Part shown: positions 22,263 through 32,256 of the stretch, piece after piece
Layout: the number at the start of each line of letters is the position of its first letter
How positions within the stretch are numbered: position 1 is the stretch's first letter
NCBI GenBank assembly: GCA_963767695.1
Contig: CAVYFE010000010.1
Coordinates: 71,872-135,871 of the forward strand
DNA length: 64,000 nt
Direction of reading: 5' to 3'
Source of the DNA: an uncultured Solirubrobacterales bacterium
Lineage (GTDB): Bacteria > Actinomycetota > Thermoleophilia > Solirubrobacterales > Solirubrobacteraceae
The notes under the pieces: model-generated
What the model was told of the DNA's origin: nothing
What the model saw: the letters and a program-made list of their open reading frames with translations, nothing else
Database searches by the model: none
Position numbers and translations under genes: made by a program

Positions 22263-23180
22263 GTGTCTGGAACAGTCGGTGTCATTGTCCTGGTCGTTGG
22301 GATCGGCGTGGTCGTGCTCGCGGCCGACATGTTCGTCGACGGCCTGCTCGGGGTCGCCCGAAAGGTGGGGATCGCGCCATTCGTACTCTCGGTCGCCCTC
22401 TCTGGATTTGAGACCGAGAACCTAGCCGCCGGGATCGCGGCCAACGCGAAGGGCTTGCCTGGAGCGGCGGCCGGCACATTCCTGGGCGGCGTCACGTTCG
22501 TGGCGCTAGGCGTGGCCGGTCTCGGCGGGCTGATCGCACCGATCCGCGTGGAGCTACCTGCGCGCTTCGCCGTTTGGACCGCGATCGCCCCGCTGCCGCT
22601 GCTCGGGTTCGCGATCGACGGGCGCCTCTCGCGCCCAGAAGGCGCACTCCTCGTGGTCTGGTCGGTTGTGGCGCTGGTTGGGCTGGCACGTTCGGGACGG
22701 GCGCTGCTCGCCGTCGAGGACGAGGAGCGCGTCCGGCGGCCCGCCCTGCGACTCCTTGCTGGACTGGGGCTTCTGACGGGCGGGGGATGGCTGATCGGCG
22801 AGGGTCTTCGCACTACCGTGCGCCAGCTGGGCGTCCCGCAGACGCTGCTTGGCAACACCGCGCTGGCGGCCACGGTCGAGGCCGAGGAGCTCGCACGCTT
22901 TGCGGTGCCGGCCCGTCGCGGACGCCCCGAGATCGGCCTCGGCAACATTGCCGGAACCGTTGTCCACTTCGCGGCGCTCAACGCCGGCATCATCGCGCTC
23001 GTCAAACCCCTCACGCTCGGGCACGACACCACCCGCTTCTACCTGCCGGTCGCGGCCGCCAGCCCCGCGGTCCTCGCCGCGCTGCTCCTTGCGCGCAAAC
23101 AGCTGGGGCGGACCGAAGGCGCGGCGCTGACCGGCCTCTACGCCGCCTATGTCGCAGCCGCGATCATCATCTCGACCTGA
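22263..23180 (+). CDS. CaCA-family (Na+/Ca2+ exchanger-like) cation antiporter with atypical alpha-repeats
   Basis: ~10 TM helices in two internal repeats; GFETENL and TVEAEEL at alpha-repeat positions, followed by GNIAGT-type motif. Confidence 0.7.
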   Translation: MSGTVGVIVLVVGIGVVVLAADMFVDGLLGVARKVGIAPFVLSVALSGFETENLAAGIAANAKGLPGAAAGTFLGGVTFVALGVAGLGGLIAPIRVELPARFAVWTAIAPLPLLGFAIDGRLSRPEGALLVVWSVVALVGLARSGRALLAVEDEERVRRPALRLLAGLGLLTGGGWLIGEGLRTTVRQLGVPQTLLGNTALAATVEAEELARFAVPARRGRPEIGLGNIAGTVVHFAALNAGIIALVKPLTLGHDTTRFYLPVAAASPAVLAALLLARKQLGRTEGAALTGLYAAYVAAAIIIST

Positions 23181-23185
23181 ACTCG

Positions 23186-23956
23186 CTAGGCCGCGGTCCG
23201 GGCCTCGATCAGGCTGGCGATGGATAGACGCCGCCGGCACATCTCCACAGCCTCCTGCCGGGTTGCCGCGGGCACGGCGTCGCCCCATGCCGCCGCCGCC
23301 TCGTCCGCACGGTCCAGCACGTTGCTAACGGAGTCCGCGGATCCATCCTCGATCAGGCAGCGCAGGCCGAAGCCGACGTGCCAGCGCTCGTCGAGCTCGA
23401 TGTGCCCCACGCCCTCGCGAATTCCGGGCAGGGCACCGTCGGCCAGATCGTCGAGCAACGCACGTTGGCCGGCGGCGAAGACGGCCCCCTCGAGCACCAT
23501 GTGGTAGAGGGCGACGCCGTCGACCAGTCGGGTACGGCCCGCCGCGAGCTCGGCGGCCATTGCAGGCAGCCGCATCTCGAAGAGCTCGAGCAGGGCGGCC
23601 GGGACGTGCGCCCGGGCCGCGGCGCGCCGCTCGGCCGGGGCATCTCCGGGCAGCCCGAGCACGTCGGCAGCGATGCGGTCGAAGAGCAGCGCGTGGCGGT
23701 CCTCGTCGCGACGCTGGAGAAAGAAGACCCACATCAGCATGCTGTCTACGGTCTCGGTCACATCGGCGAACGGCAAGAGGTGCTCAGCGACGGCGTCCTC
23801 GGCCACGCGGAAGCCGGCGAGAAGCGTGGTGAGGCGGCGACGGCGCTCGACCGGGAGCCCGGGCCACGCCCGAGCGTCGGGGGCGAGGTCGATAGCCGCC
23901 GCATCCCAATGCAGACGAGCCACGATCTGGGAGTACGTCGCGAGCCTCGGGAACAT
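23186..23956 (-). CDS. R2-like ligand-binding oxidase (R2lox, ferritin-like dimetal protein)
   Basis: AEDAV, DEDRH, YHMVLEG, DERWH. Confidence 0.8.
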   Translation of the reverse strand: MFPRLATYSQIVARLHWDAAAIDLAPDARAWPGLPVERRRRLTTLLAGFRVAEDAVAEHLLPFADVTETVDSMLMWVFFLQRRDEDRHALLFDRIAADVLGLPGDAPAERRAAARAHVPAALLELFEMRLPAMAAELAAGRTRLVDGVALYHMVLEGAVFAAGQRALLDDLADGALPGIREGVGHIELDERWHVGFGLRCLIEDGSADSVSNVLDRADEAAAAWGDAVPAATRQEAVEMCRRRLSIASLIEARTAA

Positions 23957-24121
23957 CAACAGCTCAGAGCGGTCAGCGGTGGGAACGCTGAGACCACCTG
24001 GTCCCATGTTGGGATGTGCTTTCACGACCTACGAGGTTGGGATCGGTTGCGCCATCAAAGATAGCTTGCCGCATAGGCTTGGGAACCGGCGACGACGGAC
24101 GCAACCGACCGCGCACATCGC

Positions 24122-25219
24122 TCAGACACGCGCCGGTCGCTTCATCGTGCGATAGACGAACTCCTCCGTCTGCGCCGACTCGCGTGCCGTGATGACGCGG
24201 CCGTGATGTGGCGAGAACCGGCACACCGGGTCCGTGGCCGCCGCGTCGCCCGTCAGCCGCAGGGCCTGGCAGCGGCAGCCGCCCCAATCCACCTCTTGCT
24301 GTCCGAGCGGGCACGAGCCGCACGGCTCCTGCATCCAGCCCGTACCCCGGAAGCGCGCGAACGCGTGGGACTCGTTCCAGATCCATTCCAGGGGGTGCTC
24401 GCGGACGTTGGCGAACTCGAGCCCCGGAATCGTCGACGCCGCCTGGCAGGGCAACGCGTCGCCGTTCGGGGCGAGCACCATCGCCGTCCGGCCCCAGCCG
24501 CCCATGCATGGCTTCGGCAGCTCCTCGTAGAGGTCGGGGAGCACCCAGAGCACGTCGACTTGTGGTCCGACGCGCTCGCGGAAGCGCTTGACCGCTTCCT
24601 CCCCGCGTCGAAGCTGCTCCCACGACGGCAGGAGCGCCTCCTGGTTGACAACCGCCCAGCCGTAATACTGGGCGTTGGCAAGCTCGAGCCGCTGGGCCCC
24701 GAGATCGAGGGCGAGCTCGAGCAGCTCCTCGATGCGATCGAGGTTCTGCCTGTGCAGGACGCAGTTGATCGTCAGCGGGAAGTCGAGCTCCTTGACGAGG
24801 CGCGCAGCCGCGATCTTCTTCTCGAACGATCGGTTCCCCGCGATGCGGTCGTTGTCCTCTGCGTCCGGGCTTTGAATCGAGATCTGCACGTGGTCGAGCC
24901 CGGCGGCCTTGAGCGCCTCTGCGCGCTCGCGCGTGAACAGGGTGCCCGCGGTGATCAGCGACGAGTAGAGACCGGCGTCGCGCGCGGCCGCGCACAGCTG
25001 AACCAGGTCGCGGCGCAGCATCGGCTCGCCGCCAGTCAGCGCGAGCTGAAGGACGCCGAGCCCGCTCGCTTCCCGGAACACCCGGATCCAGTCCTCGGTC
25101 TCGAGTTCCCGGCGGTACCTCTCGCCGCCGATGTCCACCGGATTTGAGCAGTAGGGGCAGTGGAGTGGGCACCGGTAGGAAAGCTCGGCGATCAGCGTGA
25201 ACGGCCTAAGCTGCTGCAT
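24122..25219 (-). CDS. pqqE: PqqA peptide cyclase, radical SAM/SPASM
   Basis: ELSYRCPLHCPYCSNP, LTGGEP, PKPCMGGWG, DWGGCRCQA. Confidence 0.97.
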   Translation of the reverse strand: MQQLRPFTLIAELSYRCPLHCPYCSNPVDIGGERYRRELETEDWIRVFREASGLGVLQLALTGGEPMLRRDLVQLCAAARDAGLYSSLITAGTLFTRERAEALKAAGLDHVQISIQSPDAEDNDRIAGNRSFEKKIAAARLVKELDFPLTINCVLHRQNLDRIEELLELALDLGAQRLELANAQYYGWAVVNQEALLPSWEQLRRGEEAVKRFRERVGPQVDVLWVLPDLYEELPKPCMGGWGRTAMVLAPNGDALPCQAASTIPGLEFANVREHPLEWIWNESHAFARFRGTGWMQEPCGSCPLGQQEVDWGGCRCQALRLTGDAAATDPVCRFSPHHGRVITARESAQTEEFVYRTMKRPARV

Positions 25220-25469
25220 CGATCAGGAGTCCTCTCTGGGCCATGGCGTCGAGGAGCCCTCGGACGTCGTCGCGCAGGTCGGCGCCGGCGTACCGCGCAG
25301 CGAGGACGCCGACGATGTCGTCGAGCGATCGCTGTCCGTCGCACAGCTCGAGCACCTCCGCCGCGGTGGGATTGAGCCGCACGGCCCCCTCAGGGACCAG
25401 CAGCAGGTGCTCCTCGCGCACCTCGTCATACCGCAGTCGCGCGCCGGTGACGAGGCGAGGCCGAGTCAT
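25206..25469 (-). CDS. pqqD: PQQ peptide chaperone
   Basis: LRYDEVREEHLLLVPEGAVRLNPTAAEVLELCDG. Confidence 0.95.
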   Translation of the reverse strand: MTRPRLVTGARLRYDEVREEHLLLVPEGAVRLNPTAAEVLELCDGQRSLDDIVGVLAARYAGADLRDDVRGLLDAMAQRGLLIDAAA

Positions 25470-26203
25470 GCGGCACGGCCTGGCGGCTGCGTGTCGCCGC
25501 GCTCGATGGCGTCGAGTTGCGTCCAAAGCATCTCGGTCTTGAAGCGGAGCGCCGCGACCGCCGCGTTTTGTTGCTCGCGCGTTCGGCAGCGTTCGACCGT
25601 GAGCTCGAGCGCATACTGCGCGTCACGTGGCGCCTTCACGAGCCGGGTCTGGAAGTACTCCAGGCCAGCGGGGTCGATCCACGCGTAGTGGCGCTTGAGT
25701 GCCTCGAGCCGCACCTGGATCGCGGCCGGTCCGAACAGCTCGGTGAGCGATGAGGCGACCGCGTCGAGCCACGGCTTCTGGCGCGCGAAGTTCACGTAAG
25801 CATCAACCGCGTAGCGCACCGCCGGGAGCACATGCCGCTCGGACCCCAGTTCTGCTCGCGAGACGCCGAGCGCCTCGCCGAGCCGGAGCCACGACTCGAT
25901 GCCGCCCGTTCCCTCCGTTGTCCCGTCGTGGTCGATGATCCGCTGGATCCACTCGCGTCGGACCTCGACCTCGGGGCAGTTCGACAGGATCGCCGCGTCC
26001 TTCAGCGGGATGCACTTCTGGTAGTAGAAGCGGTTTGAGACCCAGCGCTGCAGCTCCTCGCGGGTGAGCTCTCCCGCGTCCATTCTCCTGTGGAAGGGAT
26101 GCAGATTGTGGTAGCGCGTTCCCTGGGCGCGCAGCTCGGCGATGAACTCCTCGGGCAGCGCCGGCGCGCTCTCGCCCGTCGGTCTCGTGGCAGTCTCAGT
26201 CAC
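25466..26203 (-). CDS. pqqC: Pyrroloquinoline-quinone synthase
   Basis: YHNLHPFH, NRFYYQKCIPLKDAAILSNC, RIIDHDG, AVDAYVNF. Confidence 0.97.
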   Translation of the reverse strand: MTETATRPTGESAPALPEEFIAELRAQGTRYHNLHPFHRRMDAGELTREELQRWVSNRFYYQKCIPLKDAAILSNCPEVEVRREWIQRIIDHDGTTEGTGGIESWLRLGEALGVSRAELGSERHVLPAVRYAVDAYVNFARQKPWLDAVASSLTELFGPAAIQVRLEALKRHYAWIDPAGLEYFQTRLVKAPRDAQYALELTVERCRTREQQNAAVAALRFKTEMLWTQLDAIERGDTQPPGRAA

Positions 26204-27129
26204 AGCTCGACCTCGAGGCCATCGTAGGCGACTTCGATCCCTGCGCGGGTGACCGCCCCCCGCTCGGGAGAGTCATCGAGCAGGATCGGGTTGGTGTTGT
26301 TGATGTGGACGAGCGCCTTGCGCGGTCGCTCCAGCCGCGCGAGCGCCTCGAGCGTCCCGCCGGGACCTGAGAGCGGCACGTGGCCCATCTCCCGCGCGCT
26401 CCGAGGCGAGATGCCGAGTCGGGCGAGCTCATCGTCGCGCCAAAAAGTGCCGTCGACGAGCACGAGATCGCTGGTGGCGAACCGGGAGAGCACGTCGTTG
26501 TCCAATCGGGCGAGACCGGGGGCGTAGGTCACGACCCCTCCACCCGCGCGGTCCCGAAAGACAAACCCGCTCGCGCCGAGCTCCAGATCCGACCCGTCCT
26601 GATAGCGCGGAGGGTCACCGCCCACGTCGAACGCCTCGACGCTGAGGCTCGACCCCTCGAGCGGACTGGGCAGCTCTGGTTCCAGCCTCCGCCACTCGGC
26701 GCCGCAATAACGGTCGAGAATCGGCAGCACGGGATATCCCTGCCTCAGCGCGCGCTCGACACCCTCGTCGCCGTATACGCGCACCGGCGTCGCCGACTCC
26801 CGCAGGAGCAGAAGCCCTGCCGTGTGATCGATCTCCGCGTCAGTCAGGAGCACGCCGGCGATCGGTGACGCGCGGACACCGTCGACCCGCGGAGGCACGA
26901 TCGCTGCAAGCTGCTGGCGCGCGTCCGGCGAGGCGTTTACGAGAAACCAGGGTCCCTCGCCGCCACGGATCGCCAGCGACGACTGCGTACGGGGTCGCGC
27001 ACGCGCACCCGCGCGCGCAGCCTCACATGTCGGGCAATGGCAATTCCACTGCGGAAACCCTCCGCCAGCGGCCGAGCCGAGAATCAGAACGCGCACGCGG
27101 CAGAAGAACCGGTTCGTAGCCCCAGGCAA
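26200..27129 (-). CDS. pqqB: PQQ biosynthesis hydroxylase (start may be ~27096)
   Basis: LGSAAGGGFPQWNC, RTQSSLAI, LTDAEIDH, VHINNTNP. Confidence 0.96.
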   Translation of the reverse strand: MPGATNRFFCRVRVLILGSAAGGGFPQWNCHCPTCEAARAGARARPRTQSSLAIRGGEGPWFLVNASPDARQQLAAIVPPRVDGVRASPIAGVLLTDAEIDHTAGLLLLRESATPVRVYGDEGVERALRQGYPVLPILDRYCGAEWRRLEPELPSPLEGSSLSVEAFDVGGDPPRYQDGSDLELGASGFVFRDRAGGGVVTYAPGLARLDNDVLSRFATSDLVLVDGTFWRDDELARLGISPRSAREMGHVPLSGPGGTLEALARLERPRKALVHINNTNPILLDDSPERGAVTRAGIEVAYDGLEVEL

Positions 27130-27158
27130 GCACCGGAGGCCACGCCGGCTTCAGCGTC

Positions 27159-27233
27159 CTACCGGTGGTACAGGTAGGAGGTGACCTCCGAGCACATCTC
27201 GATGAACTCAAACTCCGGCTTGGTCCACACCAT
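27159..27233 (-). CDS. pqqA: PQQ precursor peptide
   Basis: MVWTKPEFEFIEMCSEVTSYLYHR with the E-x3-Y core, directly upstream of pqqB. Confidence 0.93.
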   Translation of the reverse strand: MVWTKPEFEFIEMCSEVTSYLYHR

Positions 27234-27310
27234 AGGATGCCTCTCCCTCTTAGAGTTCAACGTCGCGGGCATCTTAGCGAACGACTGCAAGCAGAAGAAA
27301 GGGCCGCCAC

Positions 27311-28724
27311 ATGATGCGCGTCGAGGTAACCGCGGGCGACCCGGACACGAGCGGCGCCGACCTCGTCGCAGTCGCGGCGGGAGCGCGGGCCTCGGAGCTC
27401 GGCGCCCCCGAGCGCGCGATCGCGGACGCCGATCCGGTCGCGATCGTCTATCAGCACTCGGCCCACCCCGGCGCCCCGCTCGCTGTCGTCGCGCTCGAGC
27501 CGGACGCCGAGGGACTGCGGACGGCTGCGGCGCGGGCAGTGCGCGCGTGCAGGGGTGGCGGGACTGTCGTGTGGGCGCTCGATGCATCCCTGCCGGTCAC
27601 CGTCGAGGAGCAGGTGCGGGCGCTGAGCGAAGGCGCCGTCATCGGCGGCTACGACGGCCGGCGCTGGCGAAGCGGCGAGCGGCCGCGCAGCGTGGAGCGC
27701 TTCGTGATCAGCGGCTGCGGCGGGGAGCTCGCACCCGTGGCCGATCGCGCCGCGCTCGTCGCGCGCTGGACGAACACCGCTCGCGAGCTCGTCGACGCCC
27801 CACCCAACGTGATGTCACCGACCGCGCTCGCGGACCGGGCGGCGGAGTTTGCGGGGCTCGCGGAGCGAGAGCATCGACCCCGCCGAGGCGGGGCTTGGCG
27901 CGCTCGCCGCGGTCGGCGCGAGCAGCCCGGCCGCGCCGCTGCTCCTGGTCCTCCGGCACGAGTCACCCGACGCGCAGGATGCACCGCGGCTGGCGCTCGT
28001 CGGCAAGGCTGTCACGTTCGATACGGGGGGCTACTTCCTCAAGTCGCAGACGGACATCGTCCGCCAGAAGGCCGATATGGCGGGCGGCGCGGCGGTCGTG
28101 GCAGCGCTCGGCGCGATCGCCGAGCTGGGGCTCCCGCTGGCGGTCACCGGTGTCGTACCGGCCTGCGAGAACATGCTCAGCGGCAGCGCAATGCGTCCGA
28201 CCGACGTCATCCCGACAGCTTCCGGCCTCACCGTCGAAGTGACGAATCCTGACGCTGAGGGGCGTCTGATCCTGGCGGATGCCCTGTGGTACGCGCGCCG
28301 CGACGGCGCGACCCACCTCGTGGACTTAGCGACCCTGACAGGCGCGTTGCGCGCCGGCATGGGCGATCTCTACGCCGGCGTCTTCGCGACAGACGAATCG
28401 TGGCGCGACGCCGTCGTCGATGCGGGCAACGCAAGCGGCGATCTTGCCTGGCCGTGGCCGCTTCACCCGCGCTATCGACCACTGATCGACTCGACGGTGG
28501 CCGACCTGCGCAACACAGCCGGAAAGAGCTTCGGCTTCCCGATTGTCGCCGCGACGTTCTTGGCGCAGTTCGCTGGCCAGGGGCCGTGGGCACACGTCGA
28601 CATGCTGGGCCCCGCGCTGCTCGACGAGGACCGCGGCGACGCGTTCGGGCGCGGCGCGACTGGCTATGGCGTCCGCCTGCTGGTCGAGCTCGCGACGCGC
28701 CTGAGCGCCGCGGCGACAACGTGA
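27311..28724 (+). CDS. M17 leucyl aminopeptidase family (apparent frameshift ~27860)
   Basis: LVGKAVTFDTGG, KADMAGGA, ENMLSG, NPDAEGRLILAD, DLATLTGA. Confidence 0.88.
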
Positions 28725-28752
28725 GTGAATGCCCAGGCGTTACGCTGGCGCC

Positions 28753-29367
28753 ATGGATGTCGGAGGTCGCGATCCGCAAGCTGCGACCGCTATCACGCTC
28801 GGACGGGTCGTCGACGCCTCCAAGTTCGACTTCGCCGCCGCGGAGCGCGCCGCGCTGGAGTTGCTGCGCGCGATTGGCGCCGACGTCGCCTCTCCGGCTC
28901 TGCTCGAGACTCCGCGCCGGGTCGCCGCCTCCTTCGTCGAGCTGGTCACGCCCGCCGAGCTCGGCGCGACCTTATTTCCGAATGAAGGCTGCTACGACGA
29001 GCTCGTGGTGGTGCGCGATATCCCGTTCCACACGCTGTGCATGCATCACCTGCTGCCGTTCCACGGTTGTGCCCACGTCGGGTATCTGCCGGGAGAGTGC
29101 ATCATCGGGATATCGAAGCTCGCGCGCGTGGTCGAGGCGTTCGCCCGGGACCTGCAGCTGCAAGAGCGCCTGACGGTGCAGATCGCCGATTGGCTGGAGC
29201 AGGAGCTCGCGCCGCGGGGCGTGGGGGTGGTGCTCAGCGCGGAGCATATGTGCATGACGATCCGCGGCGTCCGCAAGCCGGGGGCTCGAACCGTCACCTC
29301 GGCGCTGCGCGGCTCACTGCGCGACGATGCGCGCACGCGCCAGGAGTTCCTCAGCCTTGTCGGCTGA
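28753..29367 (+). CDS. folE: GTP cyclohydrolase I (FolE type)
   Basis: ETPRRV, FHTLCMHHLLPF, ISKLAR, QLQERLT, AEHMCM. Confidence 0.95.
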   Translation: MDVGGRDPQAATAITLGRVVDASKFDFAAAERAALELLRAIGADVASPALLETPRRVAASFVELVTPAELGATLFPNEGCYDELVVVRDIPFHTLCMHHLLPFHGCAHVGYLPGECIIGISKLARVVEAFARDLQLQERLTVQIADWLEQELAPRGVGVVLSAEHMCMTIRGVRKPGARTVTSALRGSLRDDARTRQEFLSLVG

Positions 29368-29386
29368 AACCGGTGAGCAGAGACCG

Positions 29387-29944
29387 CTGATCGAGACCGT
29401 GGTGACCACGACCGGGAGCGACGGTGTCGTCAACTGCGGCGCGATGGGGGTGCGCTGGAGCGAGGAGGAGCTTGTCTTCTGGCCCTTCGAGGCCACGCGC
29501 ACATTGCGGAACCTGCGCCTTCGAGGCGAGGCGGTCGTGCATCTCACCGACGATGTGCTCCTGTTTGTGCGGGCCGCGCTGGGTCATCCACGCCCCGCTA
29601 TGCGCGCCGCGAGCGCGATCGGCGGCTCGGTGATCGAGGAGGCGAACTCCTGGCGGGAGGTAGTCGTGACCGAAATCACGCCCTGCGAGGGTGGGCTGGC
29701 TCGCTCCCGGGTGCGTGCGCGGGTCGTTGCGACCGGCACAGGCACGCGGCAGCCACTCGGCCTGTGCCGCGCCCGGCACGCCGCCGTCGAAGCGTCGATC
29801 TTCGCCAGCCGGATTAAATGGCTCGGCGCCGAGCGCGTCCAGACGGAACTCCACCGCCTTCAGGAGCTGGTGGACAAGACCGGCGGACCCCGCGAGCATG
29901 CGGCGATGGAGTACGTGCGACGCTACGTCGTCGAGCGAACGTGA
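29387..29944 (+). CDS. DUF447-family protein (found in methanopterin clusters); start uncertain
   Basis: IETVVTT...NCGAMG...PFEATRTLRNL...HLTDDVLLF; CRARHAAVEASI. Confidence 0.75.
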   Translation: MIETVVTTTGSDGVVNCGAMGVRWSEEELVFWPFEATRTLRNLRLRGEAVVHLTDDVLLFVRAALGHPRPAMRAASAIGGSVIEEANSWREVVVTEITPCEGGLARSRVRARVVATGTGTRQPLGLCRARHAAVEASIFASRIKWLGAERVQTELHRLQELVDKTGGPREHAAMEYVRRYVVERT

Positions 29945-30906
29945 CCGAGATCGTGGTCACCGCGCCGGCGCGGCTGCATTTCGGAATGCTCGATCCGGCG
30001 GGCCTTGGAGCGCGCCGCTTCGGGGGCTTTGGCGTGGGGGTCGAGTCTCCGCGAGTGGTCGTGGCGGTCAGGCGCCGGTCCGGGGACGCGGTCAGCGTGT
30101 CCGGATCAGAGCCCGAGCGTGCCACGACGTTCGCTCGCCAGGCGCGAAGGGCATTCGGGCTCAGCGGGGGCGTGGAGGTGAACGTGCGCGAGGCGATCCC
30201 GCCACACGTCGGGCTCGGGTCGGGCACCAAGCTGGGCCTGGCGATCGCGCGCGGGCTAGCCGAGCTCGCGGGCATCTCCGCGGGCCCGGAGCAGCTGACC
30301 GAGGCGAGCGGGCGTGGGGCGCGATCCAGCGTCGGCTGTTGGACGTTTGCCGCCCCGGGACTCGTGGTCGAGGCCGGCGTCCGCGACGGGGACTACATCA
30401 GCCCCGTGGTGGCCCGGTACCCCATGCCTGAGCGGTGGCGGTGCGTGCTCGCGCTGCCCCTCGGGGTGGAGGGAGTCTCCGGGGACGCGGAGGAGCGCTT
30501 CTTCGGTCAGCTGCGCGAGTCGCCGGCCGCCGAGCCGCGCGTGCCCCGGCTGCTGCTGACCGCGCTGCTGCCCGGCCTGCTGAGAAGCGACATCGATCAG
30601 TTCGGCGTCGCGCTCGCCCAGATCCAGCGCGAGATGGGATCGATCTTCGCCGCCCAGCAGGGTGGCGTGTTTCACCCGCGCGCGGCTCCGCTGGTCGACG
30701 CGCTGCTGGCCTTGGGCGTCGGAGCGGTGGGACAGAGCTCGTGGGGCCCTTCGGTCTACGGGATCGTCGATGGCCCCCAGGCCGCCGCCGACGTGGCCGA
30801 CCGACTGCGTGTCGCGGCGGGCGCCGGCACTGAGGTCAGCGTGGTCGACTTCGATCGCCGGGGCGCGTGGATTGCCCGCCGCGGCTCGGGGCAGGCGGCG
30901 GCATGA
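29941..30906 (+). CDS. mptG: beta-RFAP synthase (GHMP family)
   Basis: TAPARLHFGMLD, HVGLGSGT, GQSSWGP. Confidence 0.92.
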   Translation: MTEIVVTAPARLHFGMLDPAGLGARRFGGFGVGVESPRVVVAVRRRSGDAVSVSGSEPERATTFARQARRAFGLSGGVEVNVREAIPPHVGLGSGTKLGLAIARGLAELAGISAGPEQLTEASGRGARSSVGCWTFAAPGLVVEAGVRDGDYISPVVARYPMPERWRCVLALPLGVEGVSGDAEERFFGQLRESPAAEPRVPRLLLTALLPGLLRSDIDQFGVALAQIQREMGSIFAAQQGGVFHPRAAPLVDALLALGVGAVGQSSWGPSVYGIVDGPQAAADVADRLRVAAGAGTEVSVVDFDRRGAWIARRGSGQAAA

Positions 30907-31628
30907 GGTTGCTGGTCAGCGTCGTCTCCGCGGAGGAGGCCCGGCGCGCACTCGCCGGTGGAGCGGACATCATCGATGTCAAGGATCCGGGCGAAGGGGC
31001 GCTCGGTGCCCCGTCGCCGGGCGTCCTGTCCGAGGTGGTGCGGGTGGTCGGCACGGCTGTCCCCGTGAGCGTCGCGCTGGGTGACCTGCCCAACCTCCCG
31101 CACACCGCGGCGCTGGCCGGGCGCGGCGCCGCGTTCAGCGGCGCCAGCTATGTCAAGGTCGGGCTACGCGGGGTGCGCGAGCTAGACGCCGCCGTGGCGC
31201 TGGTGGGCGCCGTGGCGGACGCGGTGGGACCACGGACCGCGGTGATTGCCGCAGCGTACGCGGACGCCGACGCGCTCGATCCTCCCGCTCTCGCTCCCGG
31301 GTGGCTGCCCGTGCTGGTGGACGGGGCGGGCATCTCCGGCGCACTCGTCGACACGTTCGTGAAGGACGGCCGTGGCCTGTACGGCTGGATGTCCGAGTGC
31401 GAACTGGCCGACCTCATCGCTCGCACGCGCAAGGCGGGCGCGAGCTTCGGCGTCGCCGGACAGCTGACCCGGGGCCAGCTGCGCCGAGTGGCGGCCGATG
31501 TCGTCGGTGTCCGCTCGGCGGTCTGTCGCGGTGGCGACCGAGCGGCCGAGCTCGACGCCGAGCTGGTGGCAGCCGCGGTCGCGGAGGTGCGCGCCCGCAA
31601 TGGGTGGGCGGGTCCTAATCCCGAGTGA
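30903..31628 (+). CDS. mfnB: (5-formylfuran-3-yl)methyl phosphate synthase (DUF556)
   Basis: LLVSV..AEEA..ALAGGADIIDVKDPGEGALGA, YVKVG, LVDTFVKDG, GVRSAVC. Confidence 0.9.
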   Translation: MRLLVSVVSAEEARRALAGGADIIDVKDPGEGALGAPSPGVLSEVVRVVGTAVPVSVALGDLPNLPHTAALAGRGAAFSGASYVKVGLRGVRELDAAVALVGAVADAVGPRTAVIAAAYADADALDPPALAPGWLPVLVDGAGISGALVDTFVKDGRGLYGWMSECELADLIARTRKAGASFGVAGQLTRGQLRRVAADVVGVRSAVCRGGDRAAELDAELVAAAVAEVRARNGWAGPNPE

Positions 31629-32256
31629 TCCGCGTGCCGACCGGGTGGGCGGCGCCCGGTCTACGCACCACCACGGCCACCCCGGTGCGGCGCACGGCCT
31701 CGGGCAGGTAGGCGTCCACGGCTCGCCCGCCGCCACGCGCCTGAAGCGCCTGCAGCTCGCCGGCGGTCAACCTGGGTAGCGGTGGGCTGTCTGCACCGTA
31801 CGGCGCGAGCACTCCGGCGATCGGCTTGAGCAGGATCGCCTCCTCGGCCCCGATCGCAGCGGCCGCCAGCACCGCCAGCGAGTCGCTGGTCACGGCCCAG
31901 GTCTCCGGGACCTCGGGCCGGTCACGGAATGCCGGCGCCGCCAGGAGCACGGCCAGTGCGCGGGGTGTGACCAGGCGGGTGAGCAGCTCGGCGGTCGGCA
32001 GCAGCGCTGCCAGCAGCACTCCAAGCTGATCCATCGCCCGCAGCGCCAGCGCGTGCGCCACGTCATCGGCGAGGCCCACCTGCGCGTCAACCGCGCGCAC
32101 CGCATCGGCGAACGGACCGCCCCCGGGCACGACCAGCACCGGCCGATGGCTGGCCATCTCTGCCGCGTCCGCGCACGCCCGGCGCAGGCCTTCAAGGCCC
32201 TCGGCCCGCAGCAGCCCGCCGCCGATCTTGACCACCAGCGGGCAGAGCTCACCCAC
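31615..32256 (-). CDS. Amino-acid-kinase-family protein, MfnE-like
   Basis: VVKIGGGL, VPGGGPFADAVR, AHALALRAMDQ, WAVTSDSLA. Confidence 0.8.
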   Translation of the reverse strand: MGELCPLVVKIGGGLLRAEGLEGLRRACADAAEMASHRPVLVVPGGGPFADAVRAVDAQVGLADDVAHALALRAMDQLGVLLAALLPTAELLTRLVTPRALAVLLAAPAFRDRPEVPETWAVTSDSLAVLAAAAIGAEEAILLKPIAGVLAPYGADSPPLPRLTAGELQALQARGGGRAVDAYLPEAVRRTGVAVVVRRPGAAHPVGTRITRD

